Positions 9,790 to 17,888 of a stretch of 64,000 nucleotides of DNA are shown piece after piece. Made by a program: the position numbers and the translations under genes. The DNA lies in IMG/VR virus record IMGVR_UViG_3300035703_000020, positions 85,879 to 149,878 of that record. One strand, written 5' to 3'. This DNA is from a virus. The notes beneath the pieces were generated by a model. That model made no database searches. It saw only the letters and a program-made list of their open reading frames with translations, and was not told the origin of the DNA. Position 1 is the stretch's first letter, and each line of letters opens with the position of its first letter.

Positions 9790-11218
9790 GCTACCGCAGC
9801 ACGGCGGCTGGGACACCGGCCTCGAGGCGAAGGCCAGGGAGGTCCTCGCGCTCCGCTACTCTGAGTCGAACGGGCACCTGGACTACACGATCTGCCAGCG
9901 CGCGGACGACTCCCGGTACGGGATCGGCGAGGGCAAGGAGTGCCGCAAGGGGAAGGAGGTCAGTCGCGAGGAGGTGCTCACGATGCTGACGCGCGAGGGG
10001 CTCGTGCGCACGGACAAGCAGCGCGAGAGGCTCAGGCAGCTCGACGACAAGACCCTTGCGAAGGTCGCCGACAGGGCGGTCACCCGCGCCGAGCAGGGCA
10101 CGCTGAAGATCGCCGGGAAGATCCAGGAGAAGCAGGGGCTCGACGAGGGGCAGGCCAAGCGCGCCGCCACGGCCGTCCGCGCGCTGAAGTACGACCCGTC
10201 CGGCAGCAAGAAGGAGGGCGGCGCCAACCTGCAGGACCCGGGCGAGGCCGCGAAGTACGCCGAGTTCTACGCGAACAAGCAGGACCTCAAGTACAAGTCG
10301 CCCTTCGACACCGACCCCAAGGTGGTCAAGGCGACGCTAGCGCAGCTCAAGGAGGAGATGCCGGCGTCCGACTACCAGAAGCTGATGACCGCCCTCGGCG
10401 GCAAGGGCAGCCCGACCAAGGAGCAGCTCGATGCCGCCGGTTGGAAGGGCCGCGGCGAGCGCGCCGAGGCCGTGCTCAAGTCCCTCATGGACAATGACTT
10501 CAAGGACGTCATGGGCAAGGAGCTGTCATGGCGCCAGGGCCTGCAGCTCGACCACAAGCGCGCCGGGTCCACCGGCGGCAGCGACCGCCCGGACAACTGG
10601 ATCTGGATCTCGACCGCGTCGAACCAGGTCAAGGGTGGCATGGAGGCCGCGGCCAAGAAGCGCCAGGGCACCGCGGTCGAGAAGGAGGACTTCATCCGCC
10701 GCGGGCTGATCGAGAAGCTCCAGGCCAACGCCAGGATGACGCCCGACCAGGTCCGCGAGGCCAAGGCCGCCGGGTCGATGGGCGCCTCGGCCAAGGCCGA
10801 GAAGGCCGCCGCCATGCGCGACAATCTCCCGCTGATGACCCCGCAGCAGCGGGCAGAGCGGATCCGGGACGCCAGCATCGACGACCTGAAGGCCATGCTG
10901 AAGGGCTCCGTCAACCCGGACAAGACCAACCCGGCGACCGGCCGCAAGCCGTCCTACCGCCCCGTCCTCAGCGGCGGCGGCGGCGCGCGGGTCCGCAAGG
11001 ACTACGGCACCGGCCCGCAGATGAAGTCGCTGATGCGGCTGCGCTGGGGCGAGAAGCTCGAGGAGAACGACATCAAGAACATCGGCGCCATGCTCGGGGC
11101 GTCGACCGGCAGCACCAAGAGCGCCAAGGACAAGCTCGAGGAGCTCCTGGGCAACTTCCCGCCGACCAGTGGCCTGACGGCCGCCGAGCGGGTCGCGATC
11201 ATCAAGGAGGCAGGCTGA
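9779..11218 (+). CDS. Leader/Cys-motif protein with HNH-like domain
   Basis: LDYTICQRADDSRYG..CRKG; internal LQLDHKRAGSTGGSDRPDNWIWISTASNQVKG. Confidence 0.75.
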   Translation: MRSRLPQHGGWDTGLEAKAREVLALRYSESNGHLDYTICQRADDSRYGIGEGKECRKGKEVSREEVLTMLTREGLVRTDKQRERLRQLDDKTLAKVADRAVTRAEQGTLKIAGKIQEKQGLDEGQAKRAATAVRALKYDPSGSKKEGGANLQDPGEAAKYAEFYANKQDLKYKSPFDTDPKVVKATLAQLKEEMPASDYQKLMTALGGKGSPTKEQLDAAGWKGRGERAEAVLKSLMDNDFKDVMGKELSWRQGLQLDHKRAGSTGGSDRPDNWIWISTASNQVKGGMEAAAKKRQGTAVEKEDFIRRGLIEKLQANARMTPDQVREAKAAGSMGASAKAEKAAAMRDNLPLMTPQQRAERIRDASIDDLKAMLKGSVNPDKTNPATGRKPSYRPVLSGGGGARVRKDYGTGPQMKSLMRLRWGEKLEENDIKNIGAMLGASTGSTKSAKDKLEELLGNFPPTSGLTAAERVAIIKEAG

Positions 11219-11220
11219 CC

Positions 11221-13566
11221 ATGGCTAAACTGACGCAGCACGGCGCCTTCGACGCCGACAGTGAGAGGAGGGCCCGCGAGGAGCTCCTCACCGAATTCAC
11301 CGAGGGCCGGTCCTGGGCGGACGCTTGCGGCGACTGGTCGGCAGAGGACTTCGGCGAGATCGCGGACGGATTCGACTTCGCGCAGCTCTGCCAGAAGCCG
11401 GACGGCAAGATCTACGGGACCCAGGGCCAGTGCCGCAAGGGCACGCCCATCTCCTACCGCCCGGGCGACCGCCAGGGCGACGTCTACAACAAGGGCCGCG
11501 CGGCCGGCATGCGGGTCGAGTCGATCCTCGACGAGAACAAGCGCCTCCGCCTCGAGAAGGGCCTCAAGATGGTCAAGGGGCCCGAGGCGGTCCAGTCGCT
11601 CGTCCGCAGGCTGAACCAGCGGATGGGCGTGGCGCAGAAGCCCGACGACCAGAAGAACGTCAAGACACCGGAGCAGGCGGCCAAGGCGGCCAAACCTCCC
11701 GAGACCCCGTCGCGCCAGGCGTCCCAGGCGCTGCGCGACCTAGTCAAGGCCGGCGACCGCCTCGACGCCAGGGCCGCGCAGAGCGCCGCAGACCGCCTTC
11801 AGGCGGCGAGGGCGGCGGCCGAGAAGCCCGCGTGGCAGCGGGAGCGGGACGTGATGAACAGGGGCCCAGCGGACCCCGCGGGGCAAGAAAAGCAGCTGAA
11901 GTTCAACCTCAGGGTCGCCCAGAACAAGGGGACGCAGTCGCAGATAGTCAGGGCGCAGAACGAGCTCCGCGAGTTCCGCAAGCAGCAGCGGATGGTCAAG
12001 GAGGCAGCCAGGCCAGGGGCCAAACCCGCGGCCGCCAAGCCCGCGGCTAACGCGGCGAAGGAGAAGCCCTCGATGCAGGTCAACGCGCGGTTCCTGAAGA
12101 AGGAGACGACGCAGAAGCTGCAGGAGTACCTCGACGGCCGCAAGCTGTACGCCTACCAGCGCAAGGCGATCGAGGAGGAGCTCAAGCGCCGCGAGAAGGC
12201 CGGCCAGGCCGACGTGCGCGTCCGCCGCGAGGCCCCCAAGGCAGCTGCCCCGAAGGCGTCTCTCGGCGACAGGGCGGCGCGCAAGGCCGCCATCGACGAC
12301 GTCAACCGCCAGATCGAGGCCATCCGCCGCCGGCGCAACGAGCCGGCCTACCAGAAGCCCGACCAGAAGAAGTTCCTCGACAGCCTGGAGATCGGGCTGG
12401 TCCGCCGCCGCATGGACATCGAGGCCGGCGTCGCCCTGCCGAAGGCCGGCGCGAAGTCCCTCAACGACACCTCAGCCCTGGCGAAGCGCGCGCTCCAGCC
12501 CGGCTCCGCCGGCCGCGAGGCCCGCCTGAAGCTCGGCGAGAAGGTCAGGCTCGAGCGCGCCAAGGCCGGCATCGGCCCGGAGGTCGCGTCGGCCAAGCCT
12601 GCCCGCGTCGACCAGAAGCTGCTCCAGGCTCCCACCGACAAGCTCCAGGCGATCCTCCGCCGGGGCGACCTCGGCGCCGGTCAGCGCAAGAAGATCGAGG
12701 AGGAGCTCGGCGGCCGCGGCGTGACGCCCGCAAGGCCCGTGAAGATCACCGCCGGCATGACCACCGACGCGGCCGTCAAGGCGGGCTGGAAGCTCGACCG
12801 CGCGGTCAGGGACTACGACCCGATCGCCGTCTACAGCCAGACAGGCAACCAGCTGCTTGCGAAGGGCGCGTTCGGCGCCGCCTACCGCACCGACGGCCCG
12901 CCGCCCGGCGTCATCAAGCAGGGCAAGATCGGCGAGCACGAGGCGGAGGTCTGGCAGAAGCTGCAGGGCACCGGCCGCGTCCCCGAGTTCCACGGCGCCG
13001 TCGTCAGCCCGAACATGCGCGTCGTCGGCTCCGGCTACGGTGGCCACGTGAAGGAGGGCAGCGGCTACCTGGGCATCGGCGAGGCGAAGGGCGTCCCCGT
13101 GGCGAAGTACAGCCCGCGCACGAACGAGGAGAGGAACAAGGTCCTCGAGGAGTACATCCGCGCCCGCCGCGACATCCACCTAGCCGGCGTCGCCCACAAC
13201 GACATGCACGGCAACAACGTCTTCTATGACAAGGCGACCGGCAGGATGCAGCTCATCGACTTCGGCCTGGCGCAGCCGAGCTACAAGGCCGCCCTCATGG
13301 AGGCCTTCGGCACCAACCAGGGCGACTGGCAGTCCGAGCGGTTCATCGGGAACTACTCGGGGCGCGGGGGCGAGGCGCCCGCCTACTACCGCTTCCGGCG
13401 GAACCAGGAGCGGGTCAACCGCGCGCTCGAGGAGCTCGACATCGACACCAACCGCATGCGCGGGATGGGCATCCGGAACAAGCCGGAGCACATCGACCGG
13501 GTCCTCAACGGGATGTCCGAGCAGGCCGCCAAGGCGTACGTAGAGATGCTGTACGAGGGCGTCTAG
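11221..13566 (+). CDS. Leader/Cys-motif protein with C-terminal protein kinase domain
   Basis: True start 11221 (MAKLTQHG). FDFAQLCQKPDGKIYGTQGQCRKG; kinase motifs AKGAFG, VIK, HNDMHGNN, LIDFGLA. Confidence 0.85.
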   Translation: MAKLTQHGAFDADSERRAREELLTEFTEGRSWADACGDWSAEDFGEIADGFDFAQLCQKPDGKIYGTQGQCRKGTPISYRPGDRQGDVYNKGRAAGMRVESILDENKRLRLEKGLKMVKGPEAVQSLVRRLNQRMGVAQKPDDQKNVKTPEQAAKAAKPPETPSRQASQALRDLVKAGDRLDARAAQSAADRLQAARAAAEKPAWQRERDVMNRGPADPAGQEKQLKFNLRVAQNKGTQSQIVRAQNELREFRKQQRMVKEAARPGAKPAAAKPAANAAKEKPSMQVNARFLKKETTQKLQEYLDGRKLYAYQRKAIEEELKRREKAGQADVRVRREAPKAAAPKASLGDRAARKAAIDDVNRQIEAIRRRRNEPAYQKPDQKKFLDSLEIGLVRRRMDIEAGVALPKAGAKSLNDTSALAKRALQPGSAGREARLKLGEKVRLERAKAGIGPEVASAKPARVDQKLLQAPTDKLQAILRRGDLGAGQRKKIEEELGGRGVTPARPVKITAGMTTDAAVKAGWKLDRAVRDYDPIAVYSQTGNQLLAKGAFGAAYRTDGPPPGVIKQGKIGEHEAEVWQKLQGTGRVPEFHGAVVSPNMRVVGSGYGGHVKEGSGYLGIGEAKGVPVAKYSPRTNEERNKVLEEYIRARRDIHLAGVAHNDMHGNNVFYDKATGRMQLIDFGLAQPSYKAALMEAFGTNQGDWQSERFIGNYSGRGGEAPAYYRFRRNQERVNRALEELDIDTNRMRGMGIRNKPEHIDRVLNGMSEQAAKAYVEMLYEGV

Positions 13567-13608
13567 CCCGCATAATACCACGAAGAGCACCGACACCCAC
13601 ACCACACC

Positions 13609-13764
13609 ATGGCCAGCAAGTACGTGGAGCTGATGACCAAGCGCAAGGAGGCCCTGTTCAGGGGCGACGAGGCCACGGCCGAGAAGCTCCTGACCCTCGC
13701 CGAGAAGCTCGCGGAGCGCGGCAAGGTCTCCGACGACGAATTCCTCGCGGCAGCGTACCTATGA
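13609..13764 (+). CDS. Small helical hypothetical protein (51 aa)
   Basis: MASKYVELMTKRKEALFRGDE...; ATGA overlap with next gene; CATAAT at 13571. Not in the ORF track. Confidence 0.65.
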   Translation: MASKYVELMTKRKEALFRGDEATAEKLLTLAEKLAERGKVSDDEFLAAAYL

Positions 13765-14372
13765 GCGGCCGAGCACCAGAGCAGCAGGTAGTCGACTACC
13801 TCGAGGCGGCCGGCTACAGGCCCGACTCCATCATCCGCTACCTCGAGGCGCAGGTCGCCCGCGAGTGGGCGTCCGCCGACTTCGCCGAGTGCGGACCGGG
13901 CGAGAAGATGACGTTCGGCGTCTGCCGCAAGATCGGTGAAGCCCCCGCGGCCCAGCCCGCGCAGCAGGGCGCCACGCCGGCGCAGCCCCGGGCTCAACAG
14001 CCAGGGCAGAGGGCGGCGGGCCAGCAGCCCAAGCCGAAGGAGGCGCAGAAGTCCGGCATGGAGGAGAAGCTCGAGAAGGCCGCGAAGGCTCAGGGCTCCG
14101 ACGCCACCAACAACCGCAAGGTGGTGATCGACGGCAAGGCGTACGGCTGGGCGATCCAGAACGGCAAGCCGATCATGGTCGAGTGGGGCGCCGTCGCCGG
14201 CATCAAGAAGGTCGGGCCAAAGCAGGCCAAGCCCAAGCGCGGCGGCCGCCGCGGTGGCGCTGGCGGCGACAACGCGGGCCGCATCGCGGGACTGAAGAAG
14301 GCGCTCGAGAAGCAGGTCAACGAGGCCGGGCGCCAGGCCATCCTGAAGCAGATCCAGGAGCTGGGCGGGTAA
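13761..14372 (+). CDS. Protein with degenerate Cys motif
   Basis: ADFAECGPGEKMTFGVCRK variant of the family motif, then a Q/P linker and basic tail. Confidence 0.7.
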   Translation: MSGRAPEQQVVDYLEAAGYRPDSIIRYLEAQVAREWASADFAECGPGEKMTFGVCRKIGEAPAAQPAQQGATPAQPRAQQPGQRAAGQQPKPKEAQKSGMEEKLEKAAKAQGSDATNNRKVVIDGKAYGWAIQNGKPIMVEWGAVAGIKKVGPKQAKPKRGGRRGGAGGDNAGRIAGLKKALEKQVNEAGRQAILKQIQELGG

Positions 14373-14373
14373 G
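14367..14373 (+). promoter_or_regulatory. GGGTAA candidate late promoter (representative copy)
   Basis: Also at 2796, 5235, 5992, 7589, 17687, 21225, 23000, 42665, 43068, 53930, 54001 and 59897, mostly just upstream of gene starts. Confidence 0.65.
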
Positions 14374-14402
14374 ACACGCGGGTACCAACCCACGGAAACA
14401 AC

Positions 14403-15134
14403 ATGTCCGGATTCGGGAGCTTCTCGCAGGAGGCCTACGAGCAGCTGCGGCAAGCATACTCTGACCAGCTCCAGCGCGCAGACGAGATCGAGGAGGCCGG
14501 CGTCCAGATCGGCCAGGACAAGCTCGGCGTCGAGACCGCGCCCGTCCGCAGCGACTGGCTCGACAAGACCGGCCTCTGGAAGTACCCCGACGGCCGCGGC
14601 GAGCGCCAGGACGTCGAGCAGCGGCAGCAGGACCTCCTGGCCGCCCTCCGCGACGAGGACGGTAACCTCCCCGACAACGATGACGACGAGCAGGACCTCG
14701 ACGCGATGTCCGACGAGGAGATCGACGCCCTGATCAGCCAGGTCCTCGACGAGATCGACGGAGACGACGACGAGGAGGAGGAGGAGCCCGGCGGCGACGA
14801 CCTCGTCTCCAGGATCCTCGAGGCCATCGGCGACGGCGGGCTGAGCGACGAGGAGATCGACGCCGCGATCGACCAGATCCTGGGCGAGGGCGACGCCGCC
14901 GAGGATGACGACGACGAGGGGGAGGAGAGCGACGAGCCGTCCGCCGACGAGATCGCGTCCAGGATCGCCGAGCTCAGGGCCGAGCTGGCCGCACTGTCCG
15001 AGGGCGGCGGGGACGAAGAAGAGGACGAGGACTACGAGCCCGAAGAAACTCAGGGCGACGAGGAGGAAACCGAACCCGACAACGACACCGACATCGAAGA
15101 CGAGGAGGTGACCTCCGATGATGAACCTAACTGA
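14403..15134 (+). CDS. Highly acidic protein, possible prohead core/scaffold
   Basis: D/E-rich with repeated SDEEIDA.I.Q.L helices; N-terminal GFGSFSQEAYE resembles the family leader. Confidence 0.6.
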   Translation: MSGFGSFSQEAYEQLRQAYSDQLQRADEIEEAGVQIGQDKLGVETAPVRSDWLDKTGLWKYPDGRGERQDVEQRQQDLLAALRDEDGNLPDNDDDEQDLDAMSDEEIDALISQVLDEIDGDDDEEEEEPGGDDLVSRILEAIGDGGLSDEEIDAAIDQILGEGDAAEDDDDEGEESDEPSADEIASRIAELRAELAALSEGGGDEEEDEDYEPEETQGDEEETEPDNDTDIEDEEVTSDDEPN

Positions 15135-15603
15135 TACGCTCGTGGGGCAGGTCATCCCCGTCGACGCGCTCGAGGCCAACAAGAAGCGCCGCGAGCGGGT
15201 CGAAGCCCTGATCCCCAAGGACCGCGACAACTACATCGTCGGCGACGACGTGATGCGCGAGATCATGGGCCGCAAGCGCGCCCGCATGGAGATGGCCCGC
15301 CAGAACCGGGTCAACTACCAGGAGGAGGCCTACGGCATCAACCACCGCGAGTGGTCCGGCGACATGCGCAAGGCGCTGTCCGAGGGCAAGATGAAGGGCG
15401 GCTTCGCCGGCCCCGACACGTCCTTCCCGATCGCGTCCCCAGGCGACGTGGCGGCGGCGTGGTCGTCCGTCGGCCGCGCCAAGGACCCCGACGCCACGAT
15501 GCGGAAGATCATCAAGATCGCGAAGGACAACGGCTGGGAGCAGGGCCTGCCTAAGTCCGTCCGGGACCGCTTGAAGGCGGGCAAGTCCGGGCTCCCCGAG
15601 TAA
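15118..15603 (+). CDS. Hypothetical protein (DUF6582-like)
   Basis: FAGPDTSFPI..DVAAA...GRA..IIKIA...G...LP pattern. Confidence 0.55.
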   Translation: MMNLTDTLVGQVIPVDALEANKKRRERVEALIPKDRDNYIVGDDVMREIMGRKRARMEMARQNRVNYQEEAYGINHREWSGDMRKALSEGKMKGGFAGPDTSFPIASPGDVAAAWSSVGRAKDPDATMRKIIKIAKDNGWEQGLPKSVRDRLKAGKSGLPE

Positions 15604-15619
15604 CACACTGGAGGCAGCC

Positions 15620-16084
15620 ATGCCAACTTTCCTCGAACCACTCTACCCGGCCCTCGCCGGCATCCTGATCGGCGTCGCCACGATGGGCGCCAAGAAGGTG
15701 CTGGAGAAGGTCAACGCGCGCAAGTACGCGCCGCTCCTGGCCAAGGTCTACGACGTCGTCGACCCGCTGTTGGACAAGTACTACACAGGCTGGGACGGCA
15801 GCACGATCGACACCGTGCTGGAGCTCGCCTTCTACTCCGTCGGCGACGGCCAGCTGAGCAAGGAGGAGGCCCAGGCCGCCGTCCAGATGGCCAAGGAGAA
15901 GTTCCTGCCGGACGTCGCCAAGTCCAAGAAGCTCGACCCCAATACGCCTGAGGGCCGCAAGTCCCTCGAGATCGCCGAGATGGTGCTCAAGATGGAGGAG
16001 GGCGTGGACAAGGACAAGCTAGTCGACCTAGCCAAAGCATCGGTACCCCTCGAGCCCGCACAGCGGCTGCTCGGGCTGTTCTGA
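15620..16084 (+). CDS. Membrane-anchored protein, possible holin-like
   Basis: One N-terminal hydrophobic helix; GGAGG RBS. Confidence 0.45.
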   Translation: MPTFLEPLYPALAGILIGVATMGAKKVLEKVNARKYAPLLAKVYDVVDPLLDKYYTGWDGSTIDTVLELAFYSVGDGQLSKEEAQAAVQMAKEKFLPDVAKSKKLDPNTPEGRKSLEIAEMVLKMEEGVDKDKLVDLAKASVPLEPAQRLLGLF

Positions 16085-16104
16085 TCTTGGAGACTTAGGC
16101 CACA

Positions 16105-16434
16105 GTGGAAGCGCTCGTTCTGCAGTTGATCGGCTCCGTCGTGCTCCCGTCCGTCATAGCGGTGGGCGGCGCGATCGGCTGGTTCAACATGGTGTCGTCC
16201 AAGCACATGGACGACAAGTTCAAGACGATCTCAGGCCAGATCACCTCCAACGACACTAAGATCGAGCGCGTCGAGCGGGACCTCCTCGAGATGCAGATGA
16301 AGCTCCCCAAGGAGTTCGTCATGCGCGAGGAGTTCATCGCCCGGATGAGCGACGGCGCCAAGAAGATGGACTACCTCGTGGAGCAGGTCGACGCCATCAA
16401 GAACATGCTGATGTTCGGGAGGGAGAAGCAGTGA
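16105..16434 (+). CDS. Membrane protein with coiled coil
   Basis: N-terminal TM segment followed by a heptad-like region. Confidence 0.55.
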   Translation: MEALVLQLIGSVVLPSVIAVGGAIGWFNMVSSKHMDDKFKTISGQITSNDTKIERVERDLLEMQMKLPKEFVMREEFIARMSDGAKKMDYLVEQVDAIKNMLMFGREKQ

Positions 16435-16595
16435 TGCGCGACATCTGCGCGAGGAGCAAGTCCTCGGGCAAGACGTGGGAGCAGCGCCGCGACTCCCTCA
16501 GGAAGAACCTCTCGGCGCAGGGCTTCGCGCCCGACTCAGTTGAAAAGGTTCTCTCGATGCTCTTCGAGAGGTGCATTAAAAAATTGCCCCAGTAG
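16434..16595 (+). CDS. Small hypothetical protein (53 aa)
   Basis: TGATG-coupled MRDICARSKSSGKTWEQRR...; fills the gap between genes. Confidence 0.5.
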   Translation: MRDICARSKSSGKTWEQRRDSLRKNLSAQGFAPDSVEKVLSMLFERCIKKLPQ

Positions 16596-16601
16596 CACAC
16601 C

Positions 16602-17216
16602 ATGCCAGTCAAGAAGGGAAAGGGCTGCGTCGCCGACGTCATGCGTGAGTGGAAGGCAGGCCAGCTCCACTCCGGCGAGGACGGCAAGGTCGTCAAGGAC
16701 CAGAAGCAGGCGGTCGCCATCGCCCTGTCGATGTGCGGCGGCAGCCGCGAGAAGGCCAAGTCGTACGAGGAGTACGCCAACAGCCTGGTCGACGAGGTGA
16801 AGGACACCTACGCCGAGAAGTGCGGCTGCAAGCACAAGAAGGGCACGAAGGAGTACGGTGAGTGCAACTGCGGCTGCAAGGGCTGCAAGCGCCGCGCGAT
16901 GGCCATCGGCTACCCCACCCCGACCTTCGGCGAGGAGGAGACGATCGGCATGATCCGCACCCGCCTCAAGGTCATGCACGGCCGCCTGTCCGACATCGAG
17001 CGGGCGATCGAGATGGCGATGATGCGGGGTAGCGAGATCGAGATGGAGCCCTGGATGATCGACAAGATCACCCTGGCCGCAGACTACCTCTCGGCGGTCG
17101 CCGATAACGCCGTGTACGGCGACGGCATCGAGGTCGAGATGGAGAACGAGGGCGAGGAGGAGGAGGGCGGTTACGCGCAGTTCCGCCGCTTCGGGTACGC
17201 CGAGGGAAAGGGCTGA
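16602..17216 (+). CDS. DUF6496-like protein, Cys-rich; upstream partner of a -1 frameshift
   Basis: VMREWKAGQLHSG..KQAVAIALS; CGC/CNCGCKGC; ends G_GGA_AAG_GGC_TGA. Confidence 0.75.
   Translation: MPVKKGKGCVADVMREWKAGQLHSGEDGKVVKDQKQAVAIALSMCGGSREKAKSYEEYANSLVDEVKDTYAEKCGCKHKKGTKEYGECNCGCKGCKRRAMAIGYPTPTFGEEETIGMIRTRLKVMHGRLSDIERAIEMAMMRGSEIEMEPWMIDKITLAADYLSAVADNAVYGDGIEVEMENEGEEEEGGYAQFRRFGYAEGKG
17204..17210 (+). promoter_or_regulatory. Candidate -1 ribosomal frameshift slippery site G_GGA_AAG
   Basis: X_XXY_YYZ in the correct phase, one codon before the stop; the -1 frame continues to 17668. Confidence 0.7.
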
Positions 17217-17668
17217 AGCCGGACTACGCCAAGGGTCTCACGAAGCGGGAGCAAGCCATCGCAAAGCGCGAGGCCGAGGAGACCCAGGAGAAGGCGAAGT
17301 CCGGCAAGGGCGCCAAGAGCGTGTACGAGGACTGGAAGTCCGACAAGGCGTACCGCAACAGGAAGAAGGGCGAGATGCCCAAGTCGAAGGCCACGGAGGC
17401 CTACGAGCGGATGTACGGCAAGAAGGACGCCGAGGACATGGCCGAGGGCGGCTCCGGCAAGGCCCTGGCCGCGAAGGCGAAGGAGTCCGGGATCCCACTC
17501 GGCGTGCTCCGGCAGGTGTACGAGCGCGGCATGGCCGCGTGGCGCGGCGGCCACAGGCCGGGCGTGTCGCCGCAGCAGTGGGCGATGGGCCGCGTGAACT
17601 CTTTCATCACCGGCTCCGGCGGGGCCAGGAAGGCCGACGCGGACCTATGGAAGAAGGCCGGCAAGTAG
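17210..17668 (+). CDS. DUF5824-like domain ORF (frameshift extension)
   Basis: KAKESGIPLGVLRQVYERGMAAWRGGHRPG..QQWAMGRVNSF. Coding-like codons begin at 17213, 36 codons before the first GTG (17321). Confidence 0.7.
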   Translation, partial: GLKPDYAKGLTKREQAIAKREAEETQEKAKSGKGAKSVYEDWKSDKAYRNRKKGEMPKSKATEAYERMYGKKDAEDMAEGGSGKALAAKAKESGIPLGVLRQVYERGMAAWRGGHRPGVSPQQWAMGRVNSFITGSGGARKADADLWKKAGK

Positions 17669-17723
17669 ACGCACTGGCCACCGCCGGGGTAAAAGATAGA
17701 GCAACCACACGCCGGCGGTTGCC

Positions 17724-17888
17724 ATGCCAAAGTCGTTCCAGGAGGCCTTCAACGAGTGGAAGGCCGATGACCGGTACAAGATCGGGGACGACATAGGCTG
17801 GGAGTTCGCCGACGCGAAAGAGGCCGGTCCTACGCCGGCCGACAGTTCCTCAACGACACAGCAAGATGGCCCAGCGCATCCAGCATAA
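17724..17888 (+). CDS. Small hypothetical protein (54 aa)
   Basis: MPKSFQEAFNEWKADDRY...; 37 nt after GGGTAA; overlaps the next gene. Confidence 0.5.
   Translation: MPKSFQEAFNEWKADDRYKIGDDIGWEFADAKEAGPTPADSSSTTQQDGPAHPA

Noticed and set aside
10528-11220. 1012-aa ORF start given by the track (similarly 3164, 7799, 28782, 39127, 49477)
   Set aside because: These upstream extensions overlap real genes in another frame and have shadow-ORF composition.
13563-15230. Long antisense ORFs (also 19381-21063, 24943-26697, 29001-31040, 53745-55910)
   Set aside because: They mirror + strand genes, as expected from high GC3, and show no motifs.
17214-17216. TGA read-through or genetic-code reassignment
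   Set aside because: The frame-0 continuation has atypical codons, the coding signal moves to the -1 frame, and TGA ends many well-defined genes such as terL and psbD.
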